DNA of 60,689 nucleotides from Ignavibacteriota bacterium (GTDB lineage: Bacteria; Bacteroidota; Ignavibacteria; UBA10030), in the NCBI GenBank assembly GCA_003142575.1, contig PLMS01000051.1, positions 560-61,248 of the forward strand, read 5' to 3'. The notes under the pieces are model-generated. The model was not told the DNA's origin and searched no databases. It worked only from the letters and a program-made list of their open reading frames with translations. Both the position numbers and the translations under genes were made by a program. Of this stretch, positions 39,767 to 49,873 are shown piece after piece (position 1 is the first letter of the stretch; each line of letters starts with the position of its first letter).

Positions 39767-41005
39767 ATGAAAAGGATGGTGAAGCACATGAAAAAGAATT
39801 CGAAACAACTTTCCATCGCCACGCAGGCGATCCATGGCAGCAAACTCTACGCCTTCAAAGGTCCCGTTGCGACACCGATTTATCAAACTTCTACGTACCG
39901 ATTTGAAACATCCGAGGATGCCGTTCGGTATGCAAAAGGAGATCCGTCGGTGTATGTGTATTCGCGGTACCATAATCCCACGGTTCACGATGTAGAAGAG
40001 AAGATTGCGCTTATGGAACATGGCGAAACGGCAGCACTCTTCTCTTCCGGTATGGCTGCAATTACGACAGCGATTCTTGCTGTAACAAAATCAGGAGACA
40101 ACATCATCAGCACATCTGCGCTGTACGGCGGCACATACCGCTGGATGCGCGACGAGTTACCGAAACAAAACATCACCGTGCATTTCGTTGATGCACAGCA
40201 TTTGGAGGATATAGCACGAATTGCCGACAAACGGACGACTATCGTCTACATCGAAACTCCTACGAATCCCACACTCAGTATTGTTGACATTTCTGAAGCA
40301 GTTCGCTGCACGAAGAAAGCAGAAAAGAGACTCGGCCGTCATATTCTTACGATGATTGATAATACGTTCGCTACCTTTCTCAATCAGGATCCATTTCAAT
40401 TCGGTGTGGATGTTATTACGGAAAGCGCCACCAAATATCTCGGCGGGCACAGTGATATTCTTTCCGGTGTTGTCATCGGCAAGGAGGAGTACATCAAACA
40501 AGTGTGCACACTGAGAAAATACCATGGCGGCTGTGCTGATCCTTTTGCAGCATACTTACTTGGCAGGAGTTTGAAAACATTCGAACTGCGCGTAAGGAAG
40601 CAAACCGAGAACGCTCTTGTACTTGCACGCGTATTGGAGAAACATAAAAAAGTGAATCGTGTTCTCTACCCCGGACTCCCTTCGCATCCACACCACAAGA
40701 TTGCTAAAAAACAAATGACCGGATTTGGCGGCATGGTCACCATTGAAGTGAAGCCATCGAAACGATACTCGCCTGTTGAAGCAGCAGCAAAAGTATGCGA
40801 CACTCTGACCATTGCCGTCAATGCAATGTCATTGGGCAGTGTGGAGACACTCGTCAGCATTCCGGTCTATTCGTCACACGTGTTTATGTCGGATGAAGAG
40901 TTGCGGCGTCATGGCGTTACTGCTGGAATGATTCGTATCTCTGTTGGTGTTGAAGGAATTGAAGATTTGATTGCAGATTTTGAAAAAGCATTGGCAGTGA
41001 TTTGA
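39767..41005 (+). CDS. PLP-dependent trans-sulfuration enzyme (Cys/Met metabolism family)
   Basis: PIYQTST, YSR..NPT, SSGMAA, ETPTNP, DNTFA, SATKYLGGHSD, SLG.VE, RISVG.E. Confidence 0.92.
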   Translation: MKRMVKHMKKNSKQLSIATQAIHGSKLYAFKGPVATPIYQTSTYRFETSEDAVRYAKGDPSVYVYSRYHNPTVHDVEEKIALMEHGETAALFSSGMAAITTAILAVTKSGDNIISTSALYGGTYRWMRDELPKQNITVHFVDAQHLEDIARIADKRTTIVYIETPTNPTLSIVDISEAVRCTKKAEKRLGRHILTMIDNTFATFLNQDPFQFGVDVITESATKYLGGHSDILSGVVIGKEEYIKQVCTLRKYHGGCADPFAAYLLGRSLKTFELRVRKQTENALVLARVLEKHKKVNRVLYPGLPSHPHHKIAKKQMTGFGGMVTIEVKPSKRYSPVEAAAKVCDTLTIAVNAMSLGSVETLVSIPVYSSHVFMSDEELRRHGVTAGMIRISVGVEGIEDLIADFEKALAVI

Positions 41006-41065
41006 GCTTGCGAATGAAGTGTGGTGCTTTCGATCTATAATACGAATCGTCTAAAGGAGAAAAAT

Positions 41066-41962
41066 GTGAATAACCGAATTATCGTATTTGTCGTTGTTGG
41101 CATTCTCTTGCTGCAGTGTTTCGCATTGGCTCAGAATGTTGTGATCGTTGTGATCGATGGTGCGAGATACACGGAGACGTTCGGTGCGGACTCTCTTTAT
41201 ATTCCGCGAATATGGACAAACTTGCGCCCTCTCGGAACGATCTGGACAAACTTTCGCAACGACGGAATCACAACAACCGATCCGGGGCATGCTTCTATCG
41301 CAACAGGCACATGGCAATCTATCGATAACAATGGCGTCTTCAGACCGGCGCAGCCAACGATATTCGAATATTTCCGTAAAACATCCGGAGCACCGGAATC
41401 CGCAACAGCGGTCGTCGTCGGAAAACTCAAATTGGGTATTCTTTCTTATAGTACACACCCCGACTATGGGGCAAAATATAAAGCTTCTACTTCTTTCGGT
41501 AAGGACGACACATCGGTTGTCAGAAACTTGAAAACGATGTTCCGACAGAATCATCCGAAACTTACTCTCGTGAATCTTCCGAGCACGGATTTAGCCGGCC
41601 ATTCCGGTGACTGGATTCGGTACCTTTCTGCGATTCACGTTGCGGATTCATTGATTTTTGATATTTGGCAAACGCTTCAGGCAGACTCACTCTATCGCAG
41701 CAACACGACATTATTTGTGACGAACGATCATGGAAGACATGACAATCTCCATGGAGGTTTTAAAAATCATGGAGATGATTGTGAAGGATGCCGACACATT
41801 ATGCTTTTTGCGATTGGACGAGGCTTTCCCGTAAACACAGTCGTAACTAAAAGGCGCACACAATGTGATATTGCGCCAACCGCTGGAGAGCTTCTTTCTT
41901 TCCCGACGCTTTATTCCACCGGAACAAGTCTTCTCCGCGATACGGCAACTGTCCAACGATGA
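41066..41962 (+). CDS. Alkaline-phosphatase-superfamily metalloenzyme, exported
   Basis: IVVIDGAR, T.PGHASI.TG, D..GH, TNDHG, DIAPT; AAGGAG RBS before GTG 41066. Confidence 0.82.
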   Translation: MNNRIIVFVVVGILLLQCFALAQNVVIVVIDGARYTETFGADSLYIPRIWTNLRPLGTIWTNFRNDGITTTDPGHASIATGTWQSIDNNGVFRPAQPTIFEYFRKTSGAPESATAVVVGKLKLGILSYSTHPDYGAKYKASTSFGKDDTSVVRNLKTMFRQNHPKLTLVNLPSTDLAGHSGDWIRYLSAIHVADSLIFDIWQTLQADSLYRSNTTLFVTNDHGRHDNLHGGFKNHGDDCEGCRHIMLFAIGRGFPVNTVVTKRRTQCDIAPTAGELLSFPTLYSTGTSLLRDTATVQR

Positions 41963-42001
41963 ACGGTACTCAATGCCCGTAGGAGGCATGTCCATTTTTC
42001 C

Positions 42002-42589
42002 ATGTTGATTTCTCCTGACCATATTCGGCAATTTCTTGAGACGTTTCAGCGTCAAGAATGTAACAGCAGGGATCTCTTTCCTGCCGGTGTTTTGATTCCG
42101 CTCTTCGAGAGGAACGGCGAGTTGCACGTTGTGCTCACTCAGCGGACGGATGAAGTGGGGCATCATAAAGGACAGATTTCTTTCCCCGGTGGGGTCAAGA
42201 ATGAGCAAGATACAACTATTATTGAAACAGCACTTCGAGAGACAGAAGAGGAGATCGGACTGCCAAAAAATGCAGTGAACGTGCTCGGCATGCTGAATGA
42301 TTTCCAGACACCGAGCGGTTTTCGTATTACACCGGTCGTTGCGTTTCTCCTTTCTGTTCCTTCATTTTCCATCAACACAGCGGAAGTATCTCAAATCTTC
42401 GATGTCCCGTTATCATTTTTCCTTGATGTCCGCAACGAGCGTGTAGAGCAGCATAATCATTCCGGAAAAATGATAAACGTTTATTTCTATCGTTATGGAC
42501 AGTATGAGATATGGGGAGCAACAGCGGCGATGCTGCGATCATTCCTGCGCGATTTGATGATGTGGCTCGAGAACAAAAAGACTTTGTAA
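42002..42589 (+). CDS. Nudix CoA pyrophosphatase
   Basis: LTQR...H.GQISFPGG...ALRETEEEIG, IWGATA. Confidence 0.92.
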   Translation: MLISPDHIRQFLETFQRQECNSRDLFPAGVLIPLFERNGELHVVLTQRTDEVGHHKGQISFPGGVKNEQDTTIIETALRETEEEIGLPKNAVNVLGMLNDFQTPSGFRITPVVAFLLSVPSFSINTAEVSQIFDVPLSFFLDVRNERVEQHNHSGKMINVYFYRYGQYEIWGATAAMLRSFLRDLMMWLENKKTL

Positions 42590-42612
42590 ATCTGGCAATT
42601 CTTGATTATCTT
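42584..42612 (+). promoter_or_regulatory. Probable rpsT promoter
   Basis: TTGTAA-17 bp-TATCTT, about 65 bp upstream of rpsT. Confidence 0.45.
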
Positions 42613-42677
42613 TATTCCAGACAGTTATTGAATGACACGCAACAGGTCCTCATTTCGGGACAAAGGAGAATGAACGA

Positions 42678-42932
42678 ATGCCGCAACATAAATCAGCAGT
42701 AAAACGAACTCGTCAAAATGCACACCGTTCTGAACGCAATAAAGCACACCTTTCAAAGGTGAAAACATTGATAAAGAAAGTGCGCTCTTCCAAGAACAAA
42801 GAAGAAGGGACTGCAGCATTGAAAAGTGCCTTGAAGTACCTCGACCAGCTTGGCACAAAAGGCGTCATTCACAAAAATAATGCTTCTAACCAAAAATCAC
42901 GATTGACAAAGTTTGTCAACAAGATAAAATAA
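42678..42932 (+). CDS. rpsT: 30S ribosomal protein S20
   Basis: HKSA.KR.RQ, KGVIHKN.A...KSRL; basic, 84 aa. Confidence 0.97.
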   Translation: MPQHKSAVKRTRQNAHRSERNKAHLSKVKTLIKKVRSSKNKEEGTAALKSALKYLDQLGTKGVIHKNNASNQKSRLTKFVNKIK

Positions 42933-42956
42933 AAAGAATAATCCGTGCAGTAAGTA

Positions 42957-42996
42957 AAAATCCCCAAACCGAACCGGCTTGGGGATTTTGCTTTTC
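42957..42996. terminator. Bidirectional intrinsic terminator
   Basis: aaaatcccca / tggggatttt stem with flanking A/T tracts. Confidence 0.82.
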
Positions 42997-43020
42997 AGTC
43001 GTAGAAGTGGATAAAATTCT

Positions 43021-44337
43021 CTATTTACTGCTTTGACTTTTTAATTTCTCAAGTTCTTCAATCCGTTTTTCGAATCGCTCTCTCTCCCCTGGTTTATTGC
43101 GTGCAAGTACTTTGTATGCCTTAATGGCGTCATCAAACCAGCCTTGCTTAGCATAAATCTCTGCAAGTGTAGGTGTCACAAACCCCATACTCACCGGCAG
43201 ATCTTGTTCAGATGCAGGGGGTGTCTCTTTCTGCGCTAAGTCGATTACAGGTGTGATCTTTCCTGCACTTTGTAGTTTATTTGCGATTTCTTCGATCTGG
43301 TTCTGTATGCTGGCAGACATTGGGAGTTCGGGAGGTGGAATTTGTGGCAGAATAATTGTCGTGTCGGTGGGGTACTCCTCCCGCGTAATAGTATCGTCGA
43401 TCTTATTCTGCATATCCGTAGACATTGGAAGCTCGAGCGAAATCTCTTCCGGCAGAACAATCGCAGCGTTACTAAGATAATCATCCATTGAAATAGTGTC
43501 TTCACCTGTGAGCTCTGCTCTTCGTCGTGATGCATAGAGGGCAAATGATTCTTCTTCCGACGGTGCTGGTGTCAAGCTTTCCTGGTCGGGAGCCGACAGA
43601 GTAAATTCAAATCCGCTTGATGGTTCCGGTGCCGATCTTGGTATGTCGGCAAATGCTGATGCTTGTGTTTCAGAGGACGATGGTGACTCTGGCATCGGGA
43701 CATCGAATCCGCTAATCGATGAAGGCTCCGGCATTTCCGGCGTCTCAATCGAGGGTGCGGCAAATCCAAGAAGATCGTCTGTTGTAGTTGCAGCCGGTGT
43801 TTGTGTGATCGCATCAAAAAAAGACGGCCCGCTTAAGGAAGTGGGCGCCGGTGACAATTCGGGCTGTTGTTCTTGTGCAGGTTGATCGAATCCGCTAAAA
43901 CTATACCCCGGCTCCGGATGTGATTGGGGCGTCGGCGGAACTTTATATTCATCCAACGAGGGCGGTATATATTCCGGTTCAATAACTTCCGGTTGTACTT
44001 CTTGCAGTGTTGCAGTGAGGGTTTCATCTTCGCTCGGCGGTATTTGTTCGAGCAAAGCTGTTACCATTTCATTTCGTGGCAGAAACTCAAGCACAAATTC
44101 AAATTCGCGGCGTGCTTCCGCTCGCATGTGTAATACGACTAACGCTTTTCCCTTAACGAGATGCCCTGTGGTGTAAAACGGATAGTGTGCCAGACCGGCA
44201 TCGCACATGCGTAATGCATCTTCTGCGCGGTGTTGTTCAAGATAGAAATTTGCCAACTGCGCAAACAACGGCGACTTGGCATCCGGTCCAACTTTTTTTT
44301 CGAGTGCTGTAATTTGTTGTTGAGCTATTTCGGTCAT
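43021..44337 (-). CDS. TPR protein with long acidic Pro/Ser-rich linker
   Basis: N-terminal TPR (SPLFAQLA..Y), low-complexity middle, C-terminal TPTLAEIYAKQG...AI.AY. Confidence 0.8.
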   Translation of the reverse strand: MTEIAQQQITALEKKVGPDAKSPLFAQLANFYLEQHRAEDALRMCDAGLAHYPFYTTGHLVKGKALVVLHMRAEARREFEFVLEFLPRNEMVTALLEQIPPSEDETLTATLQEVQPEVIEPEYIPPSLDEYKVPPTPQSHPEPGYSFSGFDQPAQEQQPELSPAPTSLSGPSFFDAITQTPAATTTDDLLGFAAPSIETPEMPEPSSISGFDVPMPESPSSSETQASAFADIPRSAPEPSSGFEFTLSAPDQESLTPAPSEEESFALYASRRRAELTGEDTISMDDYLSNAAIVLPEEISLELPMSTDMQNKIDDTITREEYPTDTTIILPQIPPPELPMSASIQNQIEEIANKLQSAGKITPVIDLAQKETPPASEQDLPVSMGFVTPTLAEIYAKQGWFDDAIKAYKVLARNKPGERERFEKRIEELEKLKSQSSK

Positions 44338-44345
44338 GGTACTTG

Positions 44346-45863
44346 TTAATGAAGTTTCCGCGCCTCAAGTGCATGTCTCACGGAAAGCCACGAAACGCAT
44401 GTGAATCCCATAAAGTATAATAGCTGGAATGGCACCGCGGCTATCTCCAGATAGTATAATGATGAAATCACACCGAAGAAGCAATAGACAGCGAGAAGAA
44501 TTTCTATCATCACAACCCAGTCGAATTTTTTCTTCGTACTGATGTACACATTCTTTTTCCATGTGTCTTCTTTACCATAAAGGGCAAATTTCGGTGTACG
44601 AACAAACTCGCTTTTGCGCTTGAAAAGACCTTCAAATACTGCGCGGGAATTGTTTACCGCAAATCCCATACTGCCCGCCATAAAGAGTGGGAAAAGCATG
44701 ATCCGTCGGCGCCAATCGGGATAAACGGATTTCTGTGAAATAAGGTAGAACAGGAACGATCCGATGAATGCGATGACAAATATCGACATCATGGCAAAGT
44801 ACGCCTCGTGCCCGCCTTGTTGTTTAATAAAGATGAGCGGTACGTTCAGTATACCAGCCAGAATGATAAACGGGAATACAATATTGTTTGTCAAATGAAA
44901 GGTTGAGTGAATTTTTATGCGCAGCGGAATATCCGATTTCCACACTTCCGGAATCATTTTGCGCGCCGTTTCAATAGCACCCTTCGTCCAGCGGAATTGC
45001 TGCGACTTCAATGCATTGACCTCTGCAGGTAATTCTGCCGGCGAAGTAACGTGTGCAAGATATTTGAATTTCCAACCGCGGAGCTGTGCCCGGTAGCTGA
45101 GATCCAGATCCTCCGTGAGCGTATCGGATTGCCAGTTTCCTGCATCAATGATTGTGGTCTTACGCCACACGCCGCCCGTTCCATTAAATTGAATAAAGAA
45201 TCCTGCCTTGTTGCGCACATCTTGCTCAACGACGAAATGTCCGTCGAGTGCAAAGGCTTGTGTGCGTGTGAGCATCGAGTACTCACGATTCAGGTGCTCC
45301 CATCGCGTTTGCACAACACCGATTTTTGGATCGGTGAAAAAATACGGAATAGTTTTTATCAGAAAGTCTTTATTGGGTACAAAGTCGGCATCGAAAACCG
45401 CAATAAATTCGCCGCGTGCAGTTTCAAGTCCATGCTTCAATGCGCCGGCTTTGTATCCTGAACGGTCTTTACGATGAATATGTTTGATATCGTAACCGAG
45501 CGCCCGGTAGTGCGCCGCAGCTTTTTCCACCAGATCTACAGTTTCATCGGTTGAATCATCCAGCACCTGCACTTCTAATTTGTCTTTTGGATATTCAAGA
45601 GCGCATACTGCGTCGATCAGCCGATTCGCGACATAGAGCTCATTAAACAATGGAAGTTGTACTGTTACAATAGGTGTTTTCATCAAGATCGGTTGAATGT
45701 CTTCAAGACCTCGTTGTTTCATGTAATGATACACCATCACAAATCCATGTGCACCAAACGCAAAGAGGATGAGCAACGAGAAAAAATAGAGATACATGAC
45801 GATATCCGTAAATACCACGTTTTCGATGAATTTTTGCTGGAAGAAAAGTATTGTAAGTATCAT
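44346..45863 (-). CDS. Processive GT2 glycosyltransferase (cellulose-synthase-like)
   Basis: VQLPLFNE, DDSTD, KAGAL, DAD, TED, QQFRW; N- and C-terminal TM helices. Confidence 0.92.
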   Translation of the reverse strand: MILTILFFQQKFIENVVFTDIVMYLYFFSLLILFAFGAHGFVMVYHYMKQRGLEDIQPILMKTPIVTVQLPLFNELYVANRLIDAVCALEYPKDKLEVQVLDDSTDETVDLVEKAAAHYRALGYDIKHIHRKDRSGYKAGALKHGLETARGEFIAVFDADFVPNKDFLIKTIPYFFTDPKIGVVQTRWEHLNREYSMLTRTQAFALDGHFVVEQDVRNKAGFFIQFNGTGGVWRKTTIIDAGNWQSDTLTEDLDLSYRAQLRGWKFKYLAHVTSPAELPAEVNALKSQQFRWTKGAIETARKMIPEVWKSDIPLRIKIHSTFHLTNNIVFPFIILAGILNVPLIFIKQQGGHEAYFAMMSIFVIAFIGSFLFYLISQKSVYPDWRRRIMLFPLFMAGSMGFAVNNSRAVFEGLFKRKSEFVRTPKFALYGKEDTWKKNVYISTKKKFDWVVMIEILLAVYCFFGVISSLYYLEIAAVPFQLLYFMGFTCVSWLSVRHALEARKLH

Positions 45864-45864
45864 A

Positions 45865-46392
45865 TTACCATCCTGCGACTGTATCGTTAAGAATATCTTC
45901 TGTTAATTTTTCGACTGCTTGCCGTACACCCTCATTACGCTGTGTCAATCCACCGCCTGAAGGATAATTTCCCCAATTGGTAAAACTTTTTTCCCACATT
46001 TTTTTGCGGAGCTTCAAATCTTGAAATGTCACTCTTACTGTCACGGTAATTTTTCTTAGGGTAACTTGATCCCCGCCTTGAAGTACTTCCGGGGCGTCTT
46101 TTACATCGGTTACCACACCTTCGAGCATGGAATCTGCTGAATTGCGGTCTGTTAATTGAAGTGTATTATCATTTGTGAAGCGTTCTACCAATACCTGCGT
46201 AAGTGTATCCCGCAGGTACGGATCGCCATAACCGCTCTGATCTTCGATGATAGGAATCGCAACGGTCTTCAAATGCGGAGGAACCGAACCGCCTTTGAAC
46301 GAATAGGTACAACCAGAGAGTACTATGAAAAACGAAAAACAAGCTAAACCGAAAGAATTAGGCATTATGTATTTTGCATGGTCGTTTTTCAT
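45865..46392 (-). CDS. lptE: LptE-like lipoprotein
   Basis: Lipobox LSGC, YSF.G.S.P, C-terminal DILNDTVAGW typical of Bacteroidota LptE. Confidence 0.75.
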   Translation of the reverse strand: MKNDHAKYIMPNSFGLACFSFFIVLSGCTYSFKGGSVPPHLKTVAIPIIEDQSGYGDPYLRDTLTQVLVERFTNDNTLQLTDRNSADSMLEGVVTDVKDAPEVLQGGDQVTLRKITVTVRVTFQDLKLRKKMWEKSFTNWGNYPSGGGLTQRNEGVRQAVEKLTEDILNDTVAGW

Positions 46393-47510
46393 TGTAACCC
46401 ATAATCCTTAATTTTTCTGTAGAGCGTCCGCTCACTGATATTCAATTCTCTCGCTGCATTGCGCCGATTTCCTTTGTGCCGATCAAGCGCAGTTGCAACC
46501 ATGCGCCGCTCCATCTCGTCCATTGTCAAAACACCGTTGCCGTTCTGCGATTGCGTGTGGTTGCTGTTTTGCAGATTGGTTCCGGACAACCGACCTTCCA
46601 GTAATTCTTTCATTTCAATGATGTTCGATTTGAGTTCCACAAGTGCACGATAAATCAATTCTCGCTCGGCCTGTTCTACAGTTCTATTTGATACCACGGG
46701 AAGATTTCGGTCTGTCGTTACCTGTGTTTTCTCGTGCAGATATTTCCGCACATCATGTTCATCAAGACGTTTCCCGCGTTCCAATACAAGCATGCTTTCG
46801 ATGGCATTTCGCAACTCGCGAATATTGCCAGGCCAGTGATAGCTCATGAGTAATTCGGTCGCGTTGTTATTGAATCCACCAAATTGAATCTTATTTTTTT
46901 CTGTCGTTTCCTTCACGAACTGTTCAACGAGTGCTGGAATATCTTCCTTTCGGTTCCTCAGCGGCGGTAAATGAATATTCACCGAACGCAATCGGAAATA
47001 CAAATCAGGACGAAAGTGTTTTTGTTGAACTTCGTATTCCAGCAATTTATTCGTTGCCGCAAGCACACGCACATCTGTTCTGCGTGCCTCGGATGAGCCA
47101 ACACGCATGAACTCACCGCTTTCAAGCACACGCAGCAATTTCACTTGAGTTGCTAACGGCATCTCGCCAATTTCGTCGAGAAGGATGGTTCCGCCATCAG
47201 CAATTTCAAAATAACCACGGCGCATATCCGAAGCACTGGTAAACGCACCTTTTTCATGACCGAACAGTTCGCTTTCAATCAATCCCTCCGGAATCGCGCC
47301 GCAGTTGACCGATACCATAATTTGCTGTGCTCGTTTGCTTGCTCCGTGAATGGCTTTTGCAACGATCTCTTTGCCTGTGCCACTTTCACCGGATATCAGC
47401 ACAGTAATATCCGTCGGCGCCACCTGTCGGATGACATCCACAATTTCTTGCATCTCCGGCGATTGTCCGATGATGCCGTATGTTCGCTGGAATGCTTCCC
47501 GATCCGTCAA
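46389..47510 (-). CDS. Sigma54-interaction AAA+ regulator with Fis HTH, no receiver domain
   Basis: GESGTGKE, ESELFGHEKGAFTSA, LLDEIGE, WPGNIREL, ISERTLYRK. Confidence 0.92.
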   Translation of the reverse strand: MTDREAFQRTYGIIGQSPEMQEIVDVIRQVAPTDITVLISGESGTGKEIVAKAIHGASKRAQQIMVSVNCGAIPEGLIESELFGHEKGAFTSASDMRRGYFEIADGGTILLDEIGEMPLATQVKLLRVLESGEFMRVGSSEARRTDVRVLAATNKLLEYEVQQKHFRPDLYFRLRSVNIHLPPLRNRKEDIPALVEQFVKETTEKNKIQFGGFNNNATELLMSYHWPGNIRELRNAIESMLVLERGKRLDEHDVRKYLHEKTQVTTDRNLPVVSNRTVEQAERELIYRALVELKSNIIEMKELLEGRLSGTNLQNSNHTQSQNGNGVLTMDEMERRMVATALDRHKGNRRNAARELNISERTLYRKIKDYGLQ

Positions 47511-48235
47511 CGTGAAACAACCATTGCTGTGAGGTTAAATATCTTTTTCACTTTCGCGGCAAATTGTTTTGCTTCATTGATCGTCTGGAATTCACCAACC
47601 CAGACTTTGTGCAGCTTTTTACCATGGCTGACGATCGTAAAAATATTCGAGGGATATCCTTCTTTTTCAAACTTTGCTTTTAATTCACCAGCATTTTGCA
47701 GCGTAGAGAAAGCACCAACCTGTATAGTAAAGTTCGTTGCAAATTTTTGTACGGTTCCCTTCGGTTTTACATCTGCCGGTTTTTCTTTTACTATTGGTTT
47801 CTCTTCTGCCGCAAGATTTTGTTCTGTCGCATATGCAGAAAATGGATATTCTTCCTTCAATTGTGTCAGCTTCTGATCGGCTGTCTTATAAAGACCGATC
47901 GAATAATAATATTGATAGAGTTTATAGAGTGCATCATCTCCCCATTCGCTCTTGGGAAAATTGTCGACAATATTTTGATACAACTTCGCTGCTTCTGTGC
48001 CGTCCGTTGTTAACACTGCTTGTAAATACATCAGACCAGGATTATTTTGATAATTTGTCATCAGCGCCGGAAGTTCGGCGCGCACTGCTTCTCCTTGGCC
48101 TTTTTCAATCATTTCGAGACGATGATTGATATCCGGTTCCCGATTGCTTGTCTGAGAACGCAGAGAAGGTACAACAAGAATGAACACAAGGATCAAGGCG
48201 ACAGTAATTGTTCTATGCGCTCTCATGGTTTTCAA
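47507..48235 (-). CDS. SPOR-domain protein with TPR-like N-region
   Basis: Signal peptide, DDALY.L TPR-like repeat, FTIQVGAFS...NA (SPOR). Confidence 0.87.
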   Translation of the reverse strand: MKTMRAHRTITVALILVFILVVPSLRSQTSNREPDINHRLEMIEKGQGEAVRAELPALMTNYQNNPGLMYLQAVLTTDGTEAAKLYQNIVDNFPKSEWGDDALYKLYQYYYSIGLYKTADQKLTQLKEEYPFSAYATEQNLAAEEKPIVKEKPADVKPKGTVQKFATNFTIQVGAFSTLQNAGELKAKFEKEGYPSNIFTIVSHGKKLHKVWVGEFQTINEAKQFAAKVKKIFNLTAMVVSR

Positions 48236-49581
48236 CTCTCTCGTGTTATGAATGCGGGGGGTTGATGAAATATATGTTCCTGTGTGCCAAACAGCGTTGC
48301 CGAATTTGCTCGCTCGATATGAATACCGATGTAATCGCCGACAGCATCGCCGTTTTTAGGGAATACCACCATTTTATTTGTATCGGTCCTGCCGCAGAAA
48401 TCAGCTGCGGATTTTTTGCTTGGACCCTCCACAAGCACTTCTACAGTTTGACCGACCATTGTCCTATTTCGCTGTAAAGAAATGTTGCGTTGAATGTCGA
48501 TGACTTCACTGAGGCGACGATTTTTCACTTCTTCCGGCACGTCATCACCCATCGACCATGCTTTCGTGTTCTCGCGTGGAGAATACTTGAATGTGTATGC
48601 TCCATCATATTCTACTGCCTGTAACAAATCTAATGTTTGTTTATGATCCTCTTCCGTTTCAGTCGGGAATCCGGTTATGATATCGGTCGAAAGACTGATT
48701 TCAGGAATTGCCTCTTTGATTCTGCGCACAAGATTGAGATAATGATCGGCTGTATATGTCCGATTCATTAATTTTAGAATTCTATCTGACCCGGATTGTA
48801 CAGGCAAATGGATATAGTTGCAAATATTGGTTCGTGAAGCAATTGTACCAATCAGTTTGTCCGACATATTCTGAGGATGTGATGTCATGAATCGTATGCG
48901 CAGACTTTGATCAACATTGGCAGTTGCTGCAAGTAAATCAGGAAAATCATATGTGCCGTCCCAATACGAATTGACATTTTGTCCAAGTAATGTTACTTCC
49001 TTAAAGCCTCGTTGTGCAACTTCTTCAACTTCCTTAAGAACATTTGCTTGTGAACGACTTCGCTCTCGACCACGTGTAAATGGCACAACACAGAACGTGC
49101 AGAATTTATCACACCCGCGCATAATGGAAATCCATGCGCTTAAATCATCGGTGCGAAGAGGAATAATGTCGTCGTATTTTTCTACGCGTGAAAGTTTGAC
49201 GGCGATTCCTTTTTCTCCCTCCATGGCGGCTTCGACCAACGCGGGCAACTTGCGATATTCATCCGGTCCAACAATAAGATCAACAAAATCTTCAGACACC
49301 ATCAAATTCCTACGTACACGCTCTGCCATACACCCTAGCACGCCGATAACGACATTCGGATTTGATTTCCTATAATGGTTAAAGTCCCCTAATCGACCGA
49401 CGATTCGTTGCTCTGCATTTTCACGTACAGCGCAAGTATTTATCAAAGCAACATCCGCGCTTGAGAGAAAATCCGTACGAACAAATCCTGCATCATGCAT
49501 AATGCTCAGCACAATCTCAGTATCGGCCATATTCATTTGACAGCCGTACGTTTCAATATACATTTTTCGTCCTATTTGCAT
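48232..49581 (-). CDS. miaB: tRNA-2-methylthio-N6-dimethylallyladenosine synthase
   Basis: TYGCQMN, NTCAVRE, GCMAE, CDKFCTFC radical SAM motif, TRAM domain; AAGGAG before ATG 49581. Confidence 0.96.
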   Translation of the reverse strand: MQIGRKMYIETYGCQMNMADTEIVLSIMHDAGFVRTDFLSSADVALINTCAVRENAEQRIVGRLGDFNHYRKSNPNVVIGVLGCMAERVRRNLMVSEDFVDLIVGPDEYRKLPALVEAAMEGEKGIAVKLSRVEKYDDIIPLRTDDLSAWISIMRGCDKFCTFCVVPFTRGRERSRSQANVLKEVEEVAQRGFKEVTLLGQNVNSYWDGTYDFPDLLAATANVDQSLRIRFMTSHPQNMSDKLIGTIASRTNICNYIHLPVQSGSDRILKLMNRTYTADHYLNLVRRIKEAIPEISLSTDIITGFPTETEEDHKQTLDLLQAVEYDGAYTFKYSPRENTKAWSMGDDVPEEVKNRRLSEVIDIQRNISLQRNRTMVGQTVEVLVEGPSKKSAADFCGRTDTNKMVVFPKNGDAVGDYIGIHIERANSATLFGTQEHIFHQPPAFITRES

Positions 49582-49873
49582 TTCTCCTTTTTCCGGTATC
49601 ATAATAATGAAACAATGGCAGACACACAATAAATTGCTACCATGATTAATGTTATTTAATCTTAAAGAGTTTGTTGATGCTCTGACGGATAACTTATTTG
49701 TGGATTGCCAAATCGGCAGACAATGAATTTATATCAATTATAAGATTTTGGATTGATTGAACAGAAATGCTGTTGTATATTAGTATACAAATTGAGGGAA
49801 GAGACTCTCTGGTTGCTCATATCAACAGTTTTCCAACCCTTTTAGGTCAATTAAACAAATTAGAAAGAATACC

